From: Auanema rhodensis
Taxonomy: Eukaryota > Animalia > Nematoda
DNA length: 64,000 bases
Assembly: GCA_964057225.1 (NCBI GenBank)
Contig: OZ059896.1
Location: forward strand, 20,150,001 to 20,214,000
Direction of reading: 5' to 3'
Each line of letters begins with the position of its first letter. The stretch's first letter is position 1. Made by a program: the position numbers and the translations under genes. Shown piece after piece: positions 1 to 10,012 of the stretch. Below the pieces are notes generated by a model that saw only the letters and a list, made by a program, of their open reading frames with translations, did not search any database and was not told the origin of the DNA.

Positions 1-57
1 AAGACGATGGACAGTGTTATTCAACGAAAAAATTATTTCTTCAGGGTGAAAATCGAG

Positions 58-79
58 GATATAAGTGTGAACTTATATC
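58..79 (+). other. Perfect 9-bp hairpin GATATAAGT-GTGA-ACTTATATC with GNRA-type tetraloop (repeated in each monomer)
   Basis: 58-66 is the exact reverse complement of 71-79; loop 67-70 is GTGA. Confidence 0.9.
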
Positions 80-89
80 AGTTGATATC

Positions 90-156
90 TCGGTGCATTT
101 TTAAGCTAGCGCAAATCTGATAACACAGATCGACGCAGCTTAAAAATCCGCATCGA
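90..156 (+). other. Long interrupted hairpin (repeated in each monomer)
   Basis: TCGGTGC 90-96 pairs with GCATCGA 150-156 (one G-T). ATTTTTAAGCT 97-107 pairs with AGCTTAAAAAT 137-147 (perfect 11 bp). GCG 109-111 pairs with CGC 134-136. ATCTG 115-119 pairs with CAGAT 126-130; loop ATAACA. Confidence 0.88.
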
Positions 157-230
157 ATGCACTATACTACATTGAGAAACGCTTAATACAAAAATTAGTT
201 ATGATCGTTTGAAAAATGATGCATTAGTGT

Positions 231-258
231 ATGTTGAGTTTCCATGTACACTCAACAT
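231..258 (+). other. 9-bp hairpin ATGTTGAGT-N10-ACTCAACAT (repeated in each monomer)
   Basis: 231-239 is the exact reverse complement of 250-258. Confidence 0.85.
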
Positions 259-265
259 TGCTTCC

Positions 266-331
266 AAAAACATTTTGACAAAAATTTTTTCGAAAAATTT
301 CAAAATAATTTAGCAAAAAGTAGATGTTTTT
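266..331. other. A/T-tract-rich segment with dyad symmetries
   Basis: 12-bp palindrome TTTTTCGAAAAA at 286-297; ATTTTGA 272-278 / TCAAAAT 300-306; AAAAACAT 266-273 / ATGTTTTT 324-331. Low complexity makes these matches easier to obtain by chance. Confidence 0.65.
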
Positions 332-3300
332 AGATTCCATTTTTCAAGGCAAAGACGATGGACAATGTTATTCAACGGAAAAATTATTTCTTCAGGGTGA
401 AAATCGAGGATATAAGTGTGAACTTATATCAGTTGATATCTCGGTGCATTTTTAAGCTAGCGCAAATCTGATAACACAGATCGACGCAGCTTAAAAATCC
501 GCATCGAATGCACTATACTACATTGAGAAACGCTTAATACAAAAATTAGTTATGATCGTTTGAAAAATGATGCATTAGTGTATGTTGAGTTTCCATGTAC
601 ACTCAACATTGCTTCCAAAAACATTTTGACAAAAATTTTTTCGAAAAATTTCAAAATAATTTAGCAAAAAGTAGATGTTTTTAGATTCCATTTTTCAAGG
701 CAAAGACGATGGACAGTGTTATTCAACGAAAAAATTAATTCTTCAGGGTGAAAATCGAGGATATAAGTGTGAACTTATATCAGTTGATATCTCGGTGCAT
801 TTTTAAGCTAGCGCAAATCTGATAACACAGATCGACGCAGCTTAAAAATCCGCATCGAATGCACTATACTACATTGAGAAACGCTTAATACAAAAATTAG
901 TTATGATCGTTTGAAAAATGATGCATTAGTGTATGTTGAGTTTCCATGTACACTCAACATTGCTTCCAAAAACATTTTGACAAAAATTTTTTCGAAAAAT
1001 TTCAAAATAATTTAGCAAAAAGTAGATGTTTTTAGATTCCATTTTTCAAGGCAAAGACGATGGACAATGTTATTCAACGGAAAAATTATTTCTTCAGGGT
1101 GAAAATCGAGGATATAAGTGTGAACTTATATCAGTTGATATCTCGGTGCATTTTTAAGCTAGCGCAAATCTGATAACACAGATCGACGCAGCTTAAAAAT
1201 GCGCATCGAATGCACTATACTACATTGAGAAACGCTTAATACAAAAATTAGTTATGATCGTTTGAAAAATGATGCATTAGTGTATGTTGAGTTTCCATGT
1301 ACACTCAACATTGCTTCCAAAAACATTTTGACAAAAATTTTTTCGAAAAATTTCAAAATAATTTAGCAAAAAGTAGATGTTTTTAGATTCCATTTTTCAA
1401 GGCAAAGACGATGGACAATGTTATTCAACGAAAAAATTAATTCTTCAGAGTGAAAATCGAGGATATAAGTGTGAACTTATATCAGTTGATATCTCGGTGC
1501 ATTTTTAAGCTAGCGCAAATCTGATAACACAGATCGACGCAGCTTAAAAATGCGCATCGAATGCACTATACTACATTGAGAAACGCTTGATACAAAAATT
1601 AGTTATGATCGTTTGAAAAATGATGCATTAGTGTATGTTGAGTTTCCATGTACACTCAACATTGCTTCCAAAAACATTTTGACAAAAATTTTTTCGAAAA
1701 ATTTCAAAATAATTTAGCAAAAAGTAGATGTTTTTAGATTCCTTTTTTCAAGGCAAAGACGATGGACAATGTTATTCAACGAAAAAATTATTCCTTCAGG
1801 GTGAAAATCGAGGATATAAGTGTGAACTTATATCAGTTGATATCTCGGTGCATTTTTAAGCTAGCGCAAATCTGATAACAGAGATCGACGCAGCTTAAAA
1901 ATCCGCATCGAATGCACTATACTACATTGAGAAACGCTTAATACAAGAATTAGTTATGATCGTTTGAAAAATGATGCATTAGTGTATGTTGAGTTTCCAT
2001 GTACACTCAACATTGCTTCCAAAAACATTTTGACAAAAATTTTTTCGAAAAATTTCAAAATAATTTAGCAAAAAGTAGATGTTTTTAGATTCCTTTATTA
2101 AAGGCAAAGACGATGGACAATGTTATTCAACGAAAAAATTAATTCTTCAGGGTGAAAATCGAGGATATAAGTGTGAACTTATATCAGTTGATATCTCGGT
2201 GCATTTTTAAGCTAGCGCAAATCTGATAACACAGATCGACGCAGCTTAAAAATCCGCATCGAATGCACTATACTACATTGAGAAACGCTTGATACAAAAA
2301 TTAGTTATGATCGTTTGAAAAATGATGCATTAGTGTATGTTGAGTTTCCATGTACACTCAACATTGCTTCCAAAAATATTTTGACAAAAATTTTTTCGAA
2401 AAATTTCAAAATAATTTAGCAAAAAGTAGATGTTTTTAGATTCCATTTTTCAAGGCAAAGACGATGGACAATGTTATTCAACGGAAAAATTATTTCTTCA
2501 GGGTGAAAATCGAGGATATAAGTGTGAACTTATATCAGTTGATATCTCGGTGCATTTTTAAGCTAGCGCAAATCTGATAACACAGATCGACGCAGCTTAA
2601 AAATGCGCATCGAATGCACTATACTACATTGAGAAACGCTTGATACAAAAATTAGTTATGATCGTTTGAAAAATGATGCATTAGTGTATGTTGAGTTTCC
2701 ATGTACACTCAACATTGCTTCCAAAAACATTTTGACAAAAATTTTTTCGAAAAATTTCAAAATAATTTAGCAAAAAGTAGATGTTTTTAGATTCCATTTT
2801 TCAAGGCAAAGACGATGGACAATGTTATTCAACGAAAAAATTAATTCTTCAGGGTGAAAATCGAGGATATAAGTGTGAACTTATATCAGTTGATATCTCG
2901 GTGCATTTTTAAGCTAGCGCAAATCTGATAACACAGATCGACGCAGCTTAAAAATCCGCATCGAATGCACTATACTACATTGAGAAACGCTTAATACAAA
3001 AATTAGTTATGATCGTTTGAAAAATGATGCATTAGTATATGTTGAGTTTCCATGTACACTCAACATTGCATCCAAAAACATTTTGACAAAAATTTTTTCG
3101 AAAAATTTCAAAATAATTCAGCAAAAAGTAGATGTTTTTAGATTCCATTTTTCAAGGCAAAGACGATGGACAGTGTTATTCAACGAAAAAATTAATTCTT
3201 CAGGGTGAAAATCGAGGATATAAGTGTGAACTTATATCAGTTGATATCTCGGTGCATTTTTAAGCTAGCGCAAATCTGATAACACAGATCGACGCAGCTT

Positions 3301-3999
3301 AAAAATCCGCATCGAATGCACTATACTACATCGAAAAACGCTTAATACAAAAATTAGTTATGATCGTTTGAAAAATGATGCATTAGTGTATGTTGAGTTT
3401 CCATGTACACTCAACATTGCTTCCAAAAACATTTTGACAAAAATTTTTTCGAAAAATTTCAAAATAATTTAGCAAAAAGTAGATGTTTTTAGATTCCATT
3501 TTTCAAGGCAAAGACGATGGACAATGTTATTCAACGAAAAAATTAATTCTTCAGGGTGAAAATCGAGGATATAAGTGTGAACTTATATCAGTTGATATCT
3601 CGGTGCATTTTTAAGCTAGCGCAAATCTGATAACACAGATCGACGCAGCTTAAAAATCCGCATTGAATGCACTATACTACATTGAGAAACGCTTAATACA
3701 AAAATTAGTTATGATCGTTTGAAAAATGATGCATTAGTGTATGTTGAGTTTCCATGTACACTCAACATTGCATCCAAAAACATTTTGACAAAAATTTTTT
3801 CGAAAAATTTCAAAATAATTCAGCAAAAAGTAGATGTTTTTAGATTCCATTTTTCAAGGCAAAGACGATGGACAGTGTTATTCAACGAAAAAATTAATTC
3901 TTCAGGGTGAAAATCGAGGATATAAGTGTGAACTTATATCAGTTGATATCTCGGTGCATTTTCAAGCTAGCGCAAATCTGATAACACAGATCGACGCAG

Positions 4000-6900
4000 C
4001 TTAAAAATCCGCATCGAATGCACTATACTACATTGAGAAACGCTTAATACAAAAATTTGTTATGATTGTTTGAAAAATGATGCATTAGTGTATATTGAGT
4101 TTCCATGTACACTCAACATTGCTTCCAAAAACATTTTGACAAAAATTTTTTCGAAAAATTTCGAAATAATTTAGCAAAAAGTAGATGTTTTTAGATTCCT
4201 TTATTCAAGACAAAGACGATGGACAATGTTATTCAACGAAAAAATTAATTCTTTAGGGTGAAAATCGAGGATATAAGTGTGAACTTATATCAGTTGATAT
4301 CTTGGTGCATTTTTAAGCTAGCGCAAATCTGATAACACAGATCGACGCAGCTTAAAAATCCACATCGAATGCACTATACTACATTGAGAAACGCTTGATA
4401 CAAAAATTAGTTATGATCGTTTGAAAAATGATGCATTAGTGTATGTTGAGTTTCCATGTACACTCAACATTGCTTCCAAAAACATTTTGACAAAAATTTT
4501 TTCGAAAAATTTCAAAATAATTTAGCAAAAAGTAGATGTTTTTAGATTCCATTTTTCAAGGCAAAGACGATGGACAGTGTTATTCAACGAAAAAATTAAT
4601 TCTTCAGGGTGAAAATCGAGGATATAAGTGTGAACTTATATCAGTTGATATCTCGGTGCATTTTTAAGCTAGCGCAAATCTGATAACACAGATCGACGCA
4701 GCTTAAAAATCCGCATCGAATGCACTATACTACATTGAGAAACGCTTAATACAAAAATTAGTTATGATCGTTTGAAAAATGATGCATTAGTGTATGTTGA
4801 GTTTCCATGTACACTCAACATTGCTTCCAAAAACATTTTGACAAAAATTTTTTCGAAAAATTTCGAAATAATTTAGCAAAAAGTAGATGTTTTTAGATTC
4901 CTTTATTCAAGACAAAGACGATGGACAATGTTATTCAACGAAAAAATTAATTCTTTAGGGTGAAAATCGAGGATATAAGTGTGAACTTATATCAGTTGAT
5001 ATCTTGGTGCATTTTTAAGCTAGCGCAAATCTGATAACACAGATCGACGCAGCCTAAAAATCCACATCGAATGCACTATACTACATTGAGAAACGCTTGA
5101 TACAAAAATTAGTTATGATCGTTTGAAAAATGATGCATTAGTGTATGTTGAGTTTCCATGTACACTCAACATTGCTTCCAAAAACATTTTGACAAAAATT
5201 TTTTCGAAAAATTTCAAAATAATTTAGCAAAAAGTAGATGTTTTTAGATTCCATTTTTAGAGGCAAAGACGATGGACAGTGTTATTCAACGAAAAAATTA
5301 ATTCTTCAGGGTGAAAATCGAGGATATAAGTGTGAACTTATATCAGTTGATATCTCGGTGCATTTTTAAGCTAGCGCAAATCTGATAACACAGATCGACG
5401 CAGCTTAAAAATCCGCATCGAATGCACTATACTACATTGAGAAACGCTTAATACAAAAATTAGTTATGATCGTTTGAAAAATGATGCATTAGTGTATGTT
5501 GAGTTTCCATGTACACTCAACATTGCTTCCAAAAACATTTTGACAAAAATTTTTTCGAAAAATTTCGAAATAATTTAGCAAAAAGTAGATGTTTTTAGAT
5601 TCCATTTTTCAAGGCAAAGACGATGGACAGTGTTATTCAACGAAAAAATTAATTCTTCAGGGTGAAAATCGAGGATATAAGTGTGAACTTATATCAGTTG
5701 ATATCTCGGTGCATTTTTAAGCTAGCGCAAATCTGATAACACAGATCGACGCAGCTTAAAAATCCGCATCGAATGCACTATACTACATTGAGAAACGCTT
5801 AATACAAAAATTAGTTATGATCGTTTGAAAAATGATGCATTAGTGTATGTTGAGTTTCCATGTACACTCAACATTGCTTCCAAAAACATTTTGACAAAAA
5901 TTTTTTCGAAAAATTTCGAAATAATTTAGCAAAAAGTAGATGTTTTTAGATTCCTTTATTCAAGACAAAGACGATGGACAATGTTATTCAACGAAAAAAT
6001 TAATTCTTTAGGGTGAAAATCGAGGATATAAGTGTGAACTTATATCAGTTGATATCTTGGTGCATTTTTAAGCTAGCGCAAATCTGATAACACAGATCGA
6101 CGCAGCCTAAAAATCCACATCGAATGCACTATACTACATTGAGAAACGCTTGATACAAAAATTAGTTATGATCGTTTGAAAAATGATGCATTAGTGTATG
6201 TTGAGTTTCCATGTACACTCAACATTGCTTCCAAAAACATTTTGACAAAAATTTTTTCGAAAAATTTCAAAATAATTTAGCAAAAAGTAGATGTTTTTAG
6301 ATTCCATTTTTAGAGGCAAAGACGATGGACAGTGTTATTCAACGAAAAAATTAATTCTTCAGGGTGAAAATCGAGGATATAAGTGTGAACTTATATCAGT
6401 TGATATCTCGGTGCATTTTTAAGCTAGCGCAAATCTGATAACACAGATCGACGCAGCTTAAAAATCCGCATCGAATGCACTATACTACATTGAGAAACGC
6501 TTAATACAAAAATTAGTTATGATCGTTTGAAAAATGATGCATTAGTGTATGTTGAGTTTCCATGTACACTCAACATTGCTTCCAAAAACATTTTGACAAA
6601 AATTTTTTCGAAAAATTTCGAAATAATTTAGCAAAAAGTAGATGTTTTTAGATTCCTTTATTCAAGGCAAAGACGATGGACAATGTTATTCAACGAAAAA
6701 ATTAATTCTTTAGGGTGAAAATCGAGGATATAAGTGTGAACTTATATCAGTTGATATCTTGGTGCATTTTTAAGCTAGCGCAAATCTGATAACACAGATC
6801 GACGCAGCTTAAAAATCCGCATCGAATGCACTATACTACATTGAAAAACGCTTAATACAAAAATTAGTTATGATCGTTTGAAAAATGATGCATTAGTGTA

Positions 6901-9828
6901 TGTTGAGTTTCCATGTACACTCAACATTGCTTCCAAAAACATTTTGACAAAAATTTTTTCGAAAAATTTCAAAATAATTTAGCAAAAAGTAGATGTTTTT
7001 AGATTCCTTTATTCAAGGCAAAAACGATGGACAATGTTATTCAACGAAAAAATTAATTCTTCAGGGTGAAAATCGAGGATATAAGTGTGAACTTATATCA
7101 GTTGATATCTCGGTGCATTTTTAAGCTAGCGCAAATCTGATAACACAGATCGACGCAGCTTAAAAATCCGCATCGAATGCACTATACTACATTGAGAAAC
7201 GCTTAATACAAAAATTAGTTATGATCGTTTGAAAAATGATGCATTAGTGTATGTTGAGTTTCCATGTACACTCAACATTGCTTCCAAAAACATTTTGACA
7301 AAAATTTTTTCGAAAAATTTCAAAATAATTTAGCAAAAAGTAGATGTTTTTAGATTCCATTTTTCAAGGCAAAGACGATGGACAGTGTTATTCAACGAAA
7401 AAATTAATTCTTCAGGGTGAAAATCGAGGATATAAGTGTGAACTTATATCAGTTGATATCTCGGTGCATTTTTAAGCTAGCGCAAATCTGATAACACAGA
7501 TCGACGCAGCTTAAAAATCCGCATCGAATGCACTATACTACATTGAGAAACGCTTAATACAAAAATTTGTTATGATTGTTTGAAAAATGATGCATTAGTG
7601 TATATTGAGTTTCCATGTACACTCAACATTGCTTCCAAAAACATTTTGACAAAAATTTTTTCGAAAAATTTCGAAATAATTTAGCAAAAAGTAGATGTTT
7701 TTAGATTCCTTTATTCAAGACAAAGACGATGGACAATGTTATTCAACGAAAAAATTAATTCTTTAGGGTGAAAATCGAGGATATAAGTGTGAACTTATAT
7801 CAGTTGATATCTTGGTGCATTTTTAAGCTAGCGCAAATCTGATAACACAGATCGACGCAGCTTAAAAATCCACATCGAATGCACTATACTACATTGAGAA
7901 ACGCTTGATACAAAAATTAGTTATGATCGTTTGAAAAATGATGCATTAGTGTATGTTGAGTTTCCATGTACACTCAACATTGCTTCCAAAAACATTTTGA
8001 CAAAAATTTTTTCGAAAAATTTCAAAATAATTTAGCAAAAAGTAGATGTTTTTAGATTCCATTTTTCAAGGCAAAGACGATGGACAGTGTTATTCAACGA
8101 AAAAATTAATTCTTCAGGGTGAAAATCGAGGATATAAGTGTGAACTTATATCAGTTGATATCTCGGTGCATTTTTAAGCTAGCGCAAATCTGATAACACA
8201 GATCGACGCAGCTTAAAAATCCGCATCGAATGCACTATACTACATTGAGAAACGCTTAATACAAAAATTAGTTATGATCGTTTGAAAAATGATGCATTAG
8301 TGTATGTTGAGTTTCCATGTACACTCAACATTGCTTCCAAAAACATTTTGACAAAAATTTTTTCGAAAAATTTCGAAATAATTTAGCAAAAAGTAGATGT
8401 TTTTAGATTCCTTTATTCAAGACAAAGACGATGGACAATGTTATTCAACGAAAAAATTAATTCTTTAGGGTGAAAATCGAGGATATAAGTGTGAACTTAT
8501 ATCAGTTGATATCTTGGTGCATTTTTAAGCTAGCGCAAATCTGATAACACAGATCGACGCAGCCTAAAAATCCACATCGAATGCACTATACTACATTGAG
8601 AAACGCTTGATACAAAAATTAGTTATGATCGTTTGAAAAATGATGCATTAGTGTATGTTGAGTTTCCATGTACACTCAACATTGCTTCCAAAAACATTTT
8701 GACAAAAATTTTTTCGAAAAATTTCAAAATAATTTAGCAAAAAGTAGATGTTTTTAGATTCCATTTTTAGAGGCAAAGACGATGGACAGTGTTATTCAAC
8801 GAAAAAATTAATTCTTCAGGGTGAAAATCGAGGATATAAGTGTGAACTTATATCAGTTGATATCTCGGTGCATTTTTAAGCTAGCGCAAATCTGATAACA
8901 CAGATCGACGCAGCTTAAAAATCCGCATCGAATGCACTATACTACATTGAGAAACGCTTAATACAAAAATTAGTTATGATCGTTTGAAAAATGATGCATT
9001 AGTGTATGTTGAGTTTCCATGTACACTCAACATTGCTTCCAAAAACATTTTGACAAAAATTTTTTCGAAAAATTTCGAAATAATTTAGCAAAAAGTAGAT
9101 GTTTTTAGATTCCTTTATTCAAGGCAAAGACGATGGACAATGTTATTCAACGAAAAAATTAATTCTTTAGGGTGAAAATCGAGGATATAAGTGTGAACTT
9201 ATATCAGTTGATATCTTGGTGCATTTTTAAGCTAGCGCAAATCTGATAACACAGATCGACGCAGCTTAAAAATCCGCATCGAATGCACTATACTACATTG
9301 AAAAACGCTTAATACAAAAATTAGTTATGATCGTTTGAAAAATGATGCATTAGTGTATGTTGAGTTTCCATGTACACTCAACATTGCTTCCAAAAACATT
9401 TTGACAAAAATTTTTTCGAAAAATTTCAAAATAATTTAGCAAAAAGTAGATGTTTTTAGATTCCTTTATTCAAGGCAAAAACGATGGACAATGTTATTCA
9501 ACGAAAAAATTAATTCTTCAGGGTGAAAATCGAGGATATAAGTGTGAACTTATATCAGTTGATATCTCGGTGCATTTTTAAGCTAGCGCAAATCTGATAA
9601 CACAGATCGACGCAGCTTAAAAATCCGCATCGAATGCACTATACTACATTGAGAAACGCTTAATACAAAAATTAGTTATGATCGTTTGAAAAATGATGCA
9701 TTAGTGTATGTTGAGTTTCCATGTACACTCAACATTGCTTCCAAAAACATTTTGACAAAAATTTTTTCGAAAAATTTCAAAATAATTTAGCAAAAAGTAG
9801 ATGTTTTTAGATTCCATTTTTCAAGGCA
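4000..9828. repeat. 7-monomer block duplication with an extra 3-monomer duplication in the first copy
   Basis: Markers at offset 3510: TTTGTTATGATTG 4058/7568, TATATTGAG 4094/7604, AGCCTA 5054/8564, TTAGAGG 5259/8769. Offset 1053: 5054/6107 and 5259/6312. Offset 2457: AAAACGAT 7023/9480. Boundaries are approximate. Confidence 0.8.
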
Positions 9829-10012
9829 AAGACGATGGACAGTGTTATTCAACGAAAAAATTAATTCTTCAGGGTGAAAATCGAGGATATAAGTGTGAAC
9901 TTATATCAGTTGATATCTCGGTGCATTTTTAAGCTAGCGCAAATCTGATAACACAGATCGACGCAGCTTAAAAATCCGCATCGAATGCACTATACTACAT
10001 TGAGAAACGCTT

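Larger units (their letters stand above)
1..351. repeat. Representative monomer (phase set arbitrarily by the window start)
   Basis: 1-351 matches 352-702 except at a few sites (e.g. offsets 14 and 27). Offsets quoted elsewhere refer to this phase. Confidence 0.99.

Noticed and set aside
38-44. Minus-strand CTGAAGA matching the hammerhead ribozyme CUGANGA box
   Set aside because: I could not build stem II closing onto the next GAAA (about 40 nt away). Common variants (TCTTTAG, TCCTTCAG) destroy the box. The plus-strand CTGATAA at 117-123 does not fit the consensus. An RNAMotif or Infernal search would settle it.
90-156. Rho-independent terminator or Helitron 3' hairpin
   Set aside because: There is no U-tract or CTRR at the expected distance after the stem, and no gene or element context.
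288-304. CENP-B-box-like TTCG....A
   Set aside because: The required downstream CGGG is absent (TCAA or TCGA instead).
1-351. Tandem 5S rRNA, tRNA, snRNA or spliced-leader gene unit
   Set aside because: The unit size is compatible, but I recognise no such gene, cloverleaf or Pol III A/B/C box by eye. An Rfam or tRNAscan-SE run is needed to exclude it formally.
3017-3208. 63-aa ORF MKNDALVYVEFPC...
   Set aside because: It exists only because TAG>CAG at 3119 removes a stop present in the other ~180 copies. It starts at TTG, its K/F/I/N-rich composition mirrors the A/T tracts, and I recognise no domain.
3719-3910. Second identical 63-aa ORF
   Set aside because: Same stop-loss SNV (3821), copied by a 2-monomer duplication; not independent evidence of coding.
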